Origin: Octopus vulgaris
Lineage: Eukaryota
Assembly (NCBI GenBank): GCA_951406725.2
Contig: OX597814.1
Span: 65,596,001 to 65,660,000 of the forward strand
Length of the DNA stretch: 64,000 nt
Direction of reading: 5' to 3'
The position numbers and the translations under genes were made by a program. Of this stretch, positions 39,562 to 53,761 are shown one piece after another (the stretch's first letter is position 1; every line of letters begins with the position of its first letter). The notes beneath the pieces are model-generated. The model saw nothing but the letters and a program-made list of their open reading frames with translations. It was not told where the DNA came from and did no database searches.

Positions 39562-40860
39562 AACTTGGACATAGCATGGAAATAGCAGTCCATGCTATTC
39601 CACTTTTGTGGGAAGTAGAAAGTAAAATTCTAATACGATTCTCTGAGTCATACATATTTTCAGGCCTTTCGTTTTCTTGTGCACGCTTAATATTGCCTTC
39701 TCAGAGCACAGGTGGCTCAAAAACTGAAACGATACCATAATGTAAGAGAGTTGCATACTTATTGAAGTATGACGTGGAAACCCAAACTGCCTTCTTATTC
39801 CTAACATAATGTGGCCGAATGAAACATCTTATCCATCTATGTTGTTCTGTTTCATTCGATTTGTACTGAACTGCAAGGCGAATTTGATATTAATTCCCAT
39901 CAGATTCACACTGTTGTGAAGGCAGCTAGCCTAGTTGTTAGGGTGTTGCTCATGGATTCGATTCCCGAACCGGGTGGTGCTTCGTGTTCTTGAGCAAAAC
40001 ACTTTATTTCACGTCGCTTCAATCCATACAGGTAGAAATGAGTATCTCTGCGATGTAGTGGCGTTCCGTTTCGGGGAGAAGGTTCTGATATCGGGCCCTT
40101 AAGCACGATGCTAACCACATATTTTTCTTCCCGCACAGGGACAAAAGTACTGCCATTAAATTGACTTGCCAGGTATGATATTTGAAGTCTACCGTCACAC
40201 ATATACAAGCAAGTTGAAAATAGTTGATAAATCAACACCATATGTCAATGGGTAAAGCATAAACAACAAACAAACAAAAAACTGTAATCGATGTGTAGCT
40301 GAAAGATCGCAGATCCTTTTCAGATCTAAAAACTTCCACCGTACTAATGAAAATTGTATCTGAAATATTTAGTGGATGTAAACATATCGATTAAGTTCCT
40401 CTTCGCGAATTAGAAAATACCATACTCTCCGGATTGAGCAGATATACCGCAGAACTTAGACCCCTATCCAGTCAGCCTTCTTAAAGCTTTATGGTCAAAG
40501 GGGACATAACTCTAATTCTTCTACTTTTCCTTTTTCCTTTTTCTTTTGTTTCTTTCGTTTCCTGGTGTTTTCAACCTCCCACCTTTCAATCTACCTTCTT
40601 TTTGCCTTTACTCGTATTTTCCCTTATTCTATCGTCTCATTTACCTTGTATGTGCCATGTGAGCATAGCCTGAAGGCTGCATGAAAGCACTAGATGTGTT
40701 ATAAAATGATGCCTGAGTTGTTTTCCTCGCATGAAACTATTAGTAGCTCATAACAAATATATACTGTTTTTATTAAGCAATATTTACCTATCACCAGATG
40801 GAGTACTGTTCGTTGCTCTTAGCTTCACGGAACAGCCTATTATATTATATTATATTATAT

Positions 40861-40923
<63 letters not shown>

Positions 40924-40924
40924 T

Positions 40925-40973
<49 letters not shown>

Positions 40974-40998
40974 CATACAGATAGATAGATAGACATAC

Positions 40999-41071
<73 letters not shown>

Positions 41072-42096
41072 CACGCACACATATTTTATGCCCCTACAGA
41101 GAAGTTATCATATATGTGGCATATATTCATGTTTCTTATATTGTGTATAGGATAAATACATGTCTTTACGTTTAAATATTGTGAAAACTTGTTCATTCTT
41201 CTGTATTTATAAACAGAGGTAAAATATATACAGTGAGCCTTGGAAATATATAGAGTAAGCCTTTACAAACCGAAGAAACTGACCATGTATACTATGAAAG
41301 ATTGTATTTTTACAAAGGTTAGGCTTCAAGTTATAACAGTGTATTACCATTGAAAGAGAAAAACAGAGCTTCTAGAATGTATTGTTAAATATTGGTCTAT
41401 ATTAGCATATGGGGAGGGCTTAAATGCCACTATATTAGACTATTTTCCTTAGTCATTGCACGGTGATCACCACGAGCTTTAAGCATATATAAAAATACCA
41501 ATATCATTATAAACAATAGTTTTTAAAAACTGATTAAAATATTGATAGAAGAATATCTGATATGGCATTGACCAACTCATGTTAACCCTGTTATAAATAA
41601 GAAGCAATTGATTTCACACTTAAATATGTATGCATGGATCTCTAAACCCCTTCAAATAACACCTATAACAGACACTGAAACATTAGATCTACATATAATT
41701 TTCTTTAAACGTTAAGAATGATATTGTTACAAACGCTCTAGCCCTAGTCATGAAGCATTTCTTCATAAATTCCTATACAGGGAAGTACCCAATAAATACA
41801 GTCTTATACTATGTTACGATTCTATAACCCGACCATCCATTATTACACGCTATACAATATTCATAGAAGCAACTAAATTAACTGTGAATATGTGTGCATG
41901 TAGAAATACAACTGCACGTCTGCTTAACGACTCATGAAATACTGAACCGCTCCATCAAATCAAACCAAACCAAAGCTTAGTATTTTGAATAAATCGTAAG
42001 TAATAAATAGGTTGTAAATTTAGACAAGCACATTTTAACCAATTTATTCCATGGGAAATACTGAAAAAACTATTATATGTATTGAATTTGAAAGTA

Positions 42097-43378
42097 CGAG
42101 GGACGTTCAATAAGTAATGCCTCTGACCTACTTGATCTAGCTGAAATTTTGCATGTGCAATTATTTATGTCTCTATAAATTGAGTGGCAAATTACAGCTC
42201 TGAACTAATTGTGGTGTGTGATCTACAGGTGTTTGAACTGAGTCAAGTGTGAAATGGAGCCTGTTGAGTGTCGAGCAGTGATCCGGTTTTTGTATTAGAA
42301 AGGACGCACACCACGGGAGACTTTTGATGAAGTGAAAGTAACTTATGGTGATGATGCCCCATCATATGACCTTGTAAAAAGTTGGCATCGTGAATTCAAA
42401 CATGGTCGGAACTCTGTGGAAACAGCTCCCAGATCTGGTCGCCCCCCTTCTGCCATTGATGAGGCATCTGTCCGTCAAGTTGAGGCTGCCATTTTGGACG
42501 ATCGACGCATAACTATTCGCCAAATAGCCCATGAGGTCAAGATTAGTGCCGGGTCTGTGGAAACTATCATTCATGACCATTTGCATATGCAAAAGGTGTC
42601 TGCCAGATGGATTCCCAGGTTGCTCACACCTTTCCAGAAGCAAGAACGTGTCGAGTGCTCGAGGATGAATTTGGAGATGTGCCATGAAGAAGAGTCAAAA
42701 TTTTTCAAAAGACTGATTACACAGGATGAAACCTGGATCCATCACTATGATATAGAGACCAAAGCCCAGTCAATGCAGTGGAAGCACCGTGACTCACCTC
42801 CTCCAAAGAAGGCAAGGGTGCAGCACTCCGCTGGCAAGGTCAGGCTCACAGTCTTCTGGGACCAGGACGGAGTAGTGATGACAGATTTCCTGGCAAAGGG
42901 TACCACAATTACAGGAGCCTATTATGCTTCACTTTTGAGGAAATTAAGAGAAGCTATCAAAATCAGGAGGCGGGGCAAGATCAGCAAAGGCATCCTCCTC
43001 CTGCAGGACAACGCTCCGGTCCACAACTCGCGTGTCGCCAGATCAGAAGCACAGGCGTGCGGCTATGAACTCCTCCCCCATGCCCCCTACTCTCCTGACC
43101 TTGCACCGTCTGATATCACCTCTTCTCAGCCATGAAGTTGTTTTAGAAAGGAAAGCGTTTCCCAGGTGATGCAGCCTTGATTTCTGAAGTCACGTCGTGG
43201 TTGGAGGACAAAGCTGGGGTCTTCTACAAAAACGGTCTCCAGAGCTGCATCAAACGATGGGAGAAATGCATAACTCTGGGTGGTTCCTATGTAGTTAAAG
43301 ACTAATAACTGTGCCAAGTTTCGTTGCTCTACTCCTATGGGAAGTGGGTCAGGGGCATTACTTATTGAACTCCCCTCG
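42097..43378 (+). mobile_element. Full-length mariner element (irritans-like), 1282 bp
   Basis: TA|CGAGGGACGTTCAATAAGTAATGCCTCTGACC ... GGTCAGGGGCATTACTTATTGAACTCCCCTCG|TA: TIRs of ~32 bp with a TA TSD. Confidence 0.95.
42254..43305 (+). pseudogene. Mariner transposase, nearly intact
   Basis: MEPVECRAVIRFLY*KG...WIPRLL...TQDETW...QDNAPVH...YSPDLAPSD. TAG at 42296, a 1-bp frameshift right after APSD (~43114), a second TAG at ~43144, and the C-terminus RWEKCITLGGSYVVKD*. Confidence 0.92.
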
Positions 43379-43716
43379 TAAATGCTACCGAGTTCCTCAT
43401 AAACTCGGTAGTCTTTGTCATCCCGAGATAAAAACTATGCTGAAATGTATTAAATGTTGTTGGTTATGCTAAGCTAATAATAGCCTCGGCACACAAAATT
43501 CGTCAAGAAAACTGAAGACTAGGTACGTTAGATCAGAGATATTTACTAAACCTCGTCACTTTGCTAAATACCTCCTGCGACATTCAAAGATCACGCTACT
43601 AAGCTGATGAACGCATCAATATTCATCACTTTAATGCAATCAATCACACTTTCTTAGTAAGGCCATCTTCAAATATAAAAACTTATAAATGTTCATGATG
43701 TCTCTATATTTTATAA

Positions 43717-44044
43717 GTGAGGGCGCGTGGCTTAGTGGTTAGGGCATTCGGCTCATGATCGTAAGGTTGTGAGTTCGATTCCCGGCGACGCGTTGTGTCC
43801 TTGAGCAAGACACTTTATTTCACGTTGCTCCAGTCCACTCAGCTGGCAAAAATGAGTTGTACTTGTATTTCAAAGGGTCAGCCTTGTCACTCTCTGTGTC
43901 ACGCTGATTATCCCCGAGAACTACGTTAAGGGTACACGTGTCTGTGGAATGCTCAGCCATTTGCACGTTAATTTCACGAGCAAGCTGTTCCGTTGATCGT
44001 ATCAGCTGGGACCCTCGTCGTCGTAACCGGCGGAGTCTTTTTTA
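43717..44044 (+). mobile_element. Full-length tRNA-derived SINE with an 11-bp TSD
   Basis: A box TGGCTTAGTGG, B box GTTCGATTCC, core GTGTCCTTGAGCAAGACACTT. TSD ATATTTTATAA at 43706-43716 and 44045-44055. Confidence 0.88.
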
Positions 44045-44272
44045 ATATTTTATAACAAAACATACTTATCGAAATATATCCCTATCTGTAACTACGGAGA
44101 CACACACACGCGCGCATATGTGTGAACTATCAGTGATTTTATATACACATATATATATATATATGATTACAGGTAGTTCATACGCACACAAACTTACATA
44201 TATATATAAATATATGTGTATTTTTTCAATGTGTACAAATAACACGGAGAAAATGAATAGTCACCAGGGTAG

Positions 44273-44338
<66 letters not shown>

Positions 44339-45274
44339 ATTTGACTAATGAAATAAATTTAATAACCAATATAATAATTATCATAGTATTGTATAGTTTA
44401 TAAATTGTATTCTTATTACAACAACGTTGTTTGTTACTTCTGAAAGTATTGATAGTTTGGATATGCACTATGTATGGTCCCTCATATTGTAAATAATAAT
44501 ATTGATTAGTTCATTGAGAACAGTCCTTCATACTTGTTCAGTTTATATTATTGATTTCTATCAATTCACAAAATTCTCCCTTCCATAATATACGAATAAC
44601 AATCATTATTTAAGTAACTTCAATTCCGGTTAGCCCTAAAAAATTAGAAAATTTGATTCCCATTACTATAGCCTAAATATTTATCTATGGGTTACTTTGA
44701 TTATCGCATTTACAGCCTTAAGTCTATGTTAATATTTATTACGGAATTCTCCATACGATAAATTAAGTAAACAAAGACATTTTTTATTAGGTTCCCGTTC
44801 ATATCTACTACGGAAGTATCCCTCCGAGAAAACAATAGATATAGAGCATTATTATTAGTTAATTTAAACAATGATTTTTTTATATCAATTTATTTAAATA
44901 ATAGAAATGTTGTATTGAAGATGTAATTGTTTATATATTTTTTTGCTGCAGTTATACATAGGGGAAGACTTAGATAATTATATACACCTTTCTTATTGTA
45001 CACACCTTTCTTATTGTTGTATGTTGTAGCGACAAGGGACTATCTTCGACATGAAAGAGTTTCGATTGGCATGTGTTTGAGATGTAATGAAGGGAATTTT
45101 GACGGTTGTGGATTGCACTTGGTTGTATCGTCTGTTAGAGTACTTTTGTTGTTTTTTAATTGTAATTGATGTATGATTGAATAGTTAATGCCCACTTTCA
45201 TAATACATAGACATTTGAATTAATTTTTACAATCTAGCCGTCCTTTCACACGGAATTTCGTCTATCTTTAAACC

Positions 45275-45356
45275 AAGACCCTGAAGTGACTTATATAACT
45301 TTTATTGTGTATGTTTATCCCAAAATGTCTATAAGTCGAAACAATTTGTTGTTCTT
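45275..45356 (+). ncRNA. Degenerate type I hammerhead motif in a probable Penelope pLTR (region ~45000-45590, ending in (TA)n)
   Basis: AAGACC - CTGAAGT - GACTTATA...TATAAGTC (perfect 8-bp stem II) - GAAA - CA att TG - TT - GTTCTT. Confidence 0.55.
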
Positions 45357-47063
45357 TTATGGTTTTTCTTAATAATTGTTTATGTTATACAATATTCTGT
45401 TATATTATATTCATTGTATATCATGTAATAATATAATATAAATAAATTATTGAATTGTGAATAGTATCTCTCTAATTTTCTTTGTAATTGCATTATACCA
45501 ATATTTATATGGTATTCAACTGACATACCACTGAATTTGATGTTTAACACGCCCCTTTGAAGGATTTTTTCCTCAGTTTGTTACTTGATATATATATATA
45601 TATATATATATATACACGCACAAATGATTGTGACTAGTATATACACATATATGATCGCCTGTATGTGAGTTAGAATACCCACATACTTCAGAATGTGTGT
45701 AAAACATTTATTCACGTGATTATGTATGCTTGTGAATAATTTCACGTATAAACATATGCAGAGTTAGGGGGCTCCTCTCAGCATTTATTTACCTCGAGAT
45801 CCGTTCATATTTTATGTGCTTTTTATGCACACACTGTTCGCGTAGGCTTGCTAATATATGTGTACGTGTTTGTGTATGTATAAGTGCATGTAGTTAGTTG
45901 TATATGTGTTTATATATGTATAAACTTGCGTGTTCATAGCCTATTGATTACTGCCATTACAACATATACCTTTCTCGATATAATATTGCCTCAAGGAAAT
46001 TCTGAACTACACCCAGAACAACTTGCTTTTACATCTTAGATAATTTCATACACCCTTACAACTATTTTTTTTCCTTTGGTATTGGTAAAATATTTGTTGT
46101 GCCGTTCACTTAATTACTATTTCGTCTCATTTTTCTTCAATATTTTCCTACTTTTCTTTTCAACTCTTACCTCACTTTCTTAGTTTCTTACTCACCCTTT
46201 CCTTCTTTCCTTACCACTCTCATTAATCTCTATGTATCCATCTTTAAGCAACCACCTCTTCCTTCTTTATTTAGATACGCACGCACAGCCACTTACATAT
46301 ATATGCTTATATTTGTGCAAAGTTACTAGTCTCACACTCTCACACAGGCACACATGCATGCACAGTAATGCGTGTGTGTGTGTGTGTGTGTGCGTGTGTA
46401 TGTATTTGCATATATATATATATGTATGTATGTATGTATGTATATGCCTATCGACTACTGCTACGTTCCGTTCACTACGCCATCTCGTCCGTCAGGATCT
46501 CACCTATGAACTCACTCTATCTGCCTCTACTCCTCTCTCTCTCTCTTTCTCACTCTCTTTCTCTCTCTCTCTCTCCCTCTCTATTGATCTATCATTCTAT
46601 CTCTTCTATTCCCTTGCTTCCAAGGTTTTGCTCTCTTTCATCTTTATATTTGATTATTGTTTGTTTTTGGGTTTTTTTGCATTAAATCTTAAGTAAAATT
46701 TTTCATTGAATATTTCACAGAGCCAAAGTTGTACTGCCAGAAGGAAATTCAAAATATTTTAAAATATGGTAAAAACCGGATATTCAGAACGTTTTAAACT
46801 ACAAAATATTTATAGACAATATTTAGACTTTTGAATAAGCTTACGTTTTAAATTGATCATACTTTCATTATTACTATTCATAATACTACAACTATTAATA
46901 CTAATGATGCTGACAATATTATTATTACCTCGCTCAAAGTTCTTGTTGTTATTGGTACTAGTATTATTCTGGCCCTTGAGATAATTTTGATTGATATTAT
47001 TACAATTATTGTTATTATTATTATTATTATTATTATTGTTATTATTATTATTATTATTATTAA

Positions 47064-47114
<51 letters not shown>

Positions 47115-47419
47115 AATATTTTATTCTTAGTTTAGCCCCAAGATATTTCAGCGAAATTGAATTTAATAAAAAACATTAATGAGAATTAATAAAATTGCGT
47201 ACACAGACATACAACACTACATATGAATTTACATACACACACAAATATGCAGACATTCATACAGAGGCTCATAGAAACACAAATACTCATGTACAAGTAT
47301 AAGGAGACAGGAACATGGACAATATACATGTACATGGGGGGTTTTTAGTATGTTTGCATGTGTGTATAAATATATGTGTGTATGAATGTGTGTATGTGTG
47401 TTTGTGTATTTGTGTATTG

Positions 47420-47491
<72 letters not shown>

Positions 47492-48516
47492 TATATACAT
47501 ATATAAATATATATATATATATACATAAATGCATGTAAGGATAGATGGATGGATGGATGTGTGTGTGCGGGGGTTGTGTGTGCGTTGTATGTATATGATT
47601 GTTTGATGCTGTATTCATGGATCTACTACGCAGATTTAAGGTAAAAGAGATATGATGAAAATATTCAATGATGTTGGAAAAACCACAGAGTACAGTGGAC
47701 ATATTTCATTATTTATTTTCATTCTTTTCAGGAAAAAATATCTTTTAAAATAATTTTGCAATTAATAAATGTTTCGTTTTCTCTCTTACCCTTTAAATTA
47801 AGATATTTAAAAAATATTTTAAAATTGAAGCAGAACCTTTGAAAATTATAAAAAAAAAATTTACTGAATTTTTAAAAGAAATATCCAAAATCCTTCCATT
47901 GGAACGGAACGTTCGTAACACAGGATGCTTATATTATTGAGAGTGTTAGAAATGTTATTAATATCGTTGGCAGCTTTACGTTCAGGAAAATGCTTTGTAA
48001 TTTCAATATATTTAAATGAATTTCACTAATTGGTTTGAAAGAAAACACTTATAATTTAAGATATACACATGTGCATCTAAAGATTCGCGCAATAGGGATC
48101 ACAGAATGACCGAACTATAGAACCGTCGTTTACCTGTAATTATTATCGACATACTCACACTAGAATCTCTTCTTATCAAAGGTGGCTGTATTTTATGTTC
48201 CAGAGGGGAAAAATATAGTTGAAAATCCATTTCAAATTAAGGCTGCTTGAACCATATAGGTCACTCTTCAATTTTATAATTATCTAGAATTTCATCAATA
48301 ACACATTTTAGTTTTTCTATGCAGGCAAGCGAATTGAAAAGCAATGGTGAGTATTTAAATAATAGATCACTGTGCATTAAGATATAAGGAAGTTTCCATT
48401 TTTCATACAATCATTGGAATTTTGGTTCGCAATGCAATTGATTTAAATCGTAATAATAATTAATCATTCGATAAAAGATACAAAACAAGAATATTAAATA
48501 ATGTATAAATATTAAA

Positions 48517-49327
48517 TCTATATATATAAAAGTGAAGTTGTGTGAGTGTCTGTCTCCTACAATTTAGATTCCTAACTACTCCCACATTTTGCGGTGCAGT
48601 TTCACCAAATTCGGGTATCTTATAGTCGTGATTCATATCGAGCCCGTCTGAGTATTAGCGCGCGTCTACAATGAGTCTACGATTTTAAAAATAATTTACC
48701 ATAATTTTTTTCCATTTTAAGGCATATTTTATCCGTGTGTCGATGGCGGCGGAGTTGGCGTCCATGCTCACACCTGCACCTGTGTTGCTTCTCCCCCTTC
48801 TTCCCTCCCTCGTGAAGCTGTGGTGAAGGGAATGTAAGGAAATCAACGCCGTAAAGCGTTGTCAAGGAGACCAGCGTTCTTTTAGAACAACGACTTCATG
48901 GCTTGAAGACACCAAAACAGAAATGGCTAAGAAAGCCCGAAAGCAAATTCTACAAAATCGGGAAACACGCCACATAGGGAAGGTTTCCCGTGCAAATAAT
49001 TTGCACAACCAAATGTTATAGTTGTTAGTTGTTGCACAAATCTTTATATATAAAAGTGAAGTTGTGTGTCTGTCTCCTACGATTTAGATTCCTAACTATT
49101 CCCACATTTTGCGGTGCAGTTTAACCAAAACCGGGTATCTTATAGTCGTGATTCATATCGAGCCATTCTGGGTATTAGCGCGCGTCTACGATGAGTCTAC
49201 GATTAAAAAAAAAAATTACCATAATTTTTTATTCCATTTTTAATGCATTTTTTTGCTATAACTCCCTAAAAATGCTTATATAGTTATTTCCCTTACAAAC
49301 TCGAGCAACGCTGGGCGATACTGCTAG
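48517..49327 (+). mobile_element. Non-autonomous Helitron with a duplicated 5' end
   Basis: A|TCTATATATATAAAAGTGAAGTTG at 48517 and again at 49041 (~200 bp duplicated). 3' end CTCGAGCAACGCTGGG...CTAG|T. Confidence 0.8.
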
Positions 49328-49396
49328 TAATGTATAAAGTTGACATAACAATTCTGAGGTCGTGTTTCCTCTTTATCGATTCCCACTACACATGTA

Positions 49397-50142
49397 TTAG
49401 GTTGTCAAGAAAGTTCTAGCTGAATATTTAATCTTGGTTTTAAATGAAGTATTTTCGAATTAATTTTCGTTAAATTACTTTATATATCATTTTAAAACCC
49501 GTTTTCCGCTCTAACTAATCGTGTTACTCTTTTTCCTTTTGAATAATTAGGCCATTTTTTTCCGGAACGTTGAATACAACATGGACAAAAAGCAAATTCG
49601 CACAATTTTCTTATTCCAGTTCAAGCTAGGCTGAAAAGCTGCTGAAACAGCTTGAGATATCAACGATGCGTTTGTCCCAAGAACCACTATTGAACGGACA
49701 GCGAAAATTCTGATACAAGAAATTTCGTAGCATTGACAAGAGTCTTCAAAACGATAAGCATAGTGGTCGGCCATCGGATGTTGACAACGATTAACTAAGA
49801 GCCTTAGTCGAAGCTGAACGAATTGGGCTACGAAACACTGCTTCATCCGCCATACTCACCAAACCTCTCGCCTACCGACTACCACATTTTCAAGCATCTC
49901 GACAACTTTCTACATTAGATATGCTTCAAAAACCAAGACGATTCCAAACACGCCTTCAACGACTTCATCGAGATCAGAACGCAGGATTTTCACACTACTA
50001 GCATAAATAAACTTGTTTCGCGTTGGCAAAAGTGTGTTGATTCTGATTGTGTTTATATCAATTAATAAAGTTTTGTTTGAGTTGGGATAAGTGCATCTGA
50101 ATTTAAAGGTTAAAAACCGGAAGAATTTTCTTGACAACCTAA
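49397..50142 (+). mobile_element. Internally deleted mariner (cecropia/Hsmar1-like)
   Basis: TIRs TA|TTAGGTTGTCAAGAAAGTTC ... GAATTTTCTTGACAACCTAA|TA. Translation MDKKQIRTIFLFQFKLG*KAAETA and HPPYSP.LSPTDYHIFKHLDNFL-like segments. Confidence 0.88.
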
Positions 50143-50169
50143 TAACTTTTACCATGAACATGTTATCGG

Positions 50170-50225
<56 letters not shown>

Positions 50226-50253
50226 ATACACACACTCACATACACACTCACTC

Positions 50254-50295
<42 letters not shown>

Positions 50296-50324
50296 GCGCG
50301 CGCGCGCACACCCATAAGCATATA

Positions 50325-51534
50325 TCAGGCTGAGTGAAAAGTAAGCAACGTTTTGAAACATGAAATTCTTCACAATATATTTCAACAATGCGGAAATTTT
50401 ATTCAACGAAGTAACTACAGTTACCATCAACACATTTTTGCCAATGCGATACAAGTTTGTTTATTCTAATAACATAAAAATCTGGAATTCTGGAGCTGAT
50501 GAACTCTTTGAACACATTTTCCGCATCAGTTTGATATTTGAACTCCTTTTCTCGCAGGAAACCACCAAAGTTCTTGAAAAAGTGAGAGTAGAAGAAGGGT
50601 CTGGGGTATAAGCTTAGTGGGGGAAAACTGTGTTCCCTCAATTAATGAAACGGTTGGTCGAGCCTTATCATAAAGAATGAATGGCCCTCTTCTGTTGACC
50701 AGTCTGGGACGGAGACGTAGCAGTTTTTTTTTTTCATTTTGGCAATCTCACAGCAATACGTTTCTGCAGTTATGGTTTTTTCCGGGTTTTAAGAAGTTAT
50801 AGTGGAGGAGTCCAGCAGTACATCACCAAACAGTCATCATAACCTTCTTTTAGAAGAACTCGGGTTTATGGTAGGTTTTCGGTGCTTCATTTTTGTCCAA
50901 CCACTGTGAAGAACGTTTTTTTTTAATCGTACGGAATCCACTTCTCATCGCTAGTTACAATACGGTCGAGAAATGGATAGGTCTGGTTACGGAGAAAAAG
51001 CGACGATCAAACTTCATATCTGTGCATTTTCTGATTTTCATTCAAATCGTGTGGTACACATATGTTGAGCTTTTTTGATTTTCCGATCGCATGCAAATGG
51101 TTGCAGGCTGTTTTCTGGCTAACTTGAAGTTCTATTGCCAGTTCTCGAGTGGTTCTACGGGAATCATTCTCAATGACAGTTTTTTTTTACCGTCATCGAT
51201 GACAGATTGGCGTCCACTACGTTCATTTTCGAGCTAACCACTCACTGGTCCTTTTCTGACCAATCATTTCGTTGATATCACGATCAGTTTCAGCTGCTTT
51301 ATATCCTTTTTTGAAGTTGAATAGCAAAATTGCTCGAATACCGCATTTTAACAGTTCCATTTCAGATGATTGTTACAACGTTGAAAAAGTATTGTTAATT
51401 TATTGATGAATTTGGGGAAGTCTATATCTGCATCATCAGACTATTGCTAAAAAATGTTTTAAAACATTCAAAATTCTGCAAAAATCCAATACAAATTCTT
51501 CATGGTTCAAAAACGTTGCTTACTTTTTATTCAA

Positions 51535-51538
<4 letters not shown>
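50325..51538 (-). mobile_element. Degenerate full-length mariner
   Basis: Inverted ends GAAAAGTAAGCAACGTTTTGAA / TTCAAAAACGTTGCTTACTTTTT. The minus strand encodes FKEFISSRIPDFYVIRINKLVSHWQKCVDGNCSYF (mariner C-terminus). Confidence 0.8.
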
Positions 51539-51595
<57 letters not shown>

Positions 51596-51630
51596 TATAT
51601 GTATGTATATACAAAAAAATGTATATATAC

Positions 51631-52038
51631 AGGCGCAGGAGTGGCTGTGTGGTAAGTAGCTTGTTTACGAACCACATGGTTCCGGGTTCAGTCCCACTGC
51701 GTGGCACCTTGGGCAAGTGTCATCTACTATAGCCTCGGCCGACCAAAGCCTTGTGAGTGGATTTGGTAGACGGAAGCTGAAAGAAGCCCGTTGTATATAT
51801 GTATGTATATATATATATGTTTGTGTGTCTGTGTTTGTCCCCATAGCATTGCTTGACAACCGATGCGGGTGTGTTTACATCCTCGTCACTTAGCGGTTCG
51901 GCAAAGGAGACCGATAGAATAAGTACTAGGCTTACAAAGAATAAGTCTCGGGGTCGATTTGCTCGACTAAAGGTGGTGCTTCAGCATGGCCGCAGTCAAA
52001 TGACTGAAACAAGTAAAAGAGTAAAAGAGTAAAAGAGT
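51631..52038 (+). mobile_element. Full-length CORE-like tRNA SINE
   Basis: Highly similar to 28888-29300. (GTAAAAGA)3 tail. Confidence 0.85.
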
Positions 52039-52059
52039 AATATATACATATATATATAT

Positions 52060-52118
<59 letters not shown>

Positions 52119-52373
52119 CACATACATACACACACACACATACATATATATATATTATCGTTTACTTTCTTAGTGCTCTGATGGTGACCGCAAGGTTGCA
52201 GCGCGACCGAAGATCGATGGACAAAGGCAAAGGGAGATAATCACCTAGAGCGTTGCCCTTAAAAATGAAGCTTTTCCCCTTGCATATTTTAAAGAGGCCT
52301 CGGGCCAGCATTGTTTGGCTAAACCCCTTATGAGCGAGAAACTCAGGGTAATCCCATAAACCGACCAAACCCT

Positions 52374-52419
<46 letters not shown>

Positions 52420-53330
52420 TTTTGTCTTATGAATAGTAAGATGTTTACGACGTTAATATTAGGTGTCTGGTACTTTGTGTATTGGTGTATAGGTCTTGGT
52501 GATTTATTGATTGTTGTAACTTACCCCAACATTTGATGAAGTCTTTTGCGTGTTATGGTTACATTAGAAATCCTATGGAAGTCATCATTTAATATCATAT
52601 TTACGCTTTAATGCTTACTTATTTAATGGACATTTGATACTTCTAAATATTTTTAGTATTAAAACCCACAATATGTGGCGCTCGTATTTGCCTATGAAGA
52701 AAGAGACATTCTTCTTTGATAGCAAAATATGTTTTGGGGTATAAATTTCCAGAACATTTTGAAGCCCTTTTGTGATACAGGTTTTCGGAGCCTTTCTGAT
52801 GCTGACTGGGGCACGGATAAAGCACTTTTCAGCATCTAGGGATCCTATTATCTAAAGTCATTGAATAGAGTGAAAGATATTATGAAACTTACCCTGCGTG
52901 AGATCGTATATTTTCTGAGAATGTACGCTTGTATTATGTTAAATTCTTTTGCTCTATTATTTGTTAGGATATTACTTGGTGTATGAAGCAACTAAAGGAG
53001 TAATGTTTTCATGTTTGTATAATACAGATAAGTATTATAGCGTGTATTCCCTTGTAAATGTGGGTACAAGGGTGTGTTTTGTTTGTACAGCGTTAACTTT
53101 ATGCGACAAGTCTGTTAAGTTTTGTTTTGAGTTGTTGGGTGGAGATTTTTTTATTGATGTAATTTTGTAGATGTCATTTACAATTCTTGTACTTTTCCAA
53201 CGGAGCTTTTGATCTTTATGAAAACAAATGACTGGCTTTTGTTCGCCTTTTGATCGTAATGCCCTTGTTATTTACTGGTAATTTTCCATCTGTTAAAGCA
53301 TGGCATTTGTTATCATAACACCGATTTTTA
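52420..53330 (-). pseudogene. Highly decayed Penelope-like GIY-YIG region
   Basis: Weak minus-strand remnants (CTNKTHPCTHI, FSCFIHQVI), abutting (TA)n. Low certainty. Confidence 0.35.
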
Positions 53331-53761
53331 TAATTTTGTGAAATTAATATTAATATCATTGAATTTTCATGTAACTCATAATTTATTGTGAATAAGGTGT
53401 ATATATTTGATAGAATAAAAATAAAACATTACACGCGCTGTACTGTCGACAAACAAGTGATTACATTTGATGCACTGCAACTGACTGGAAACATTTCAGA
53501 GAGGTATCACAAGTAAGTATTGTAAAGATAGTATCATTTGCAAAGGTATTGATAGAGAAATGGTCTTCCTGAGTATATTGAACAGTTTTGGAGGTAAGAT
53601 TATACTGAATAATTTAAAGAATTATCTTAAATTTAAATCTTATATCTTATATTTAGATGTTTCCAAAATGTGTTATATAACTTTTAATATATTTATACTT
53701 CAATTTTATTCTAGATTTACTAAATATGCTCTAAAACAGCGACTATAATTTGTCAACATAT

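Noticed and set aside
40660-40700. Possible hammerhead remnant (CTGAAGG..GAAAGCACTA) in a (TA)n-terminated segment
   Set aside because: There is no stem II and stem I is weak. Too degenerate to call.
46450-46520. Short GC-richer island as a possible internal exon
   Set aside because: Stops occur in the plausible minus-strand frame and there is no coherent acceptor/donor pair.
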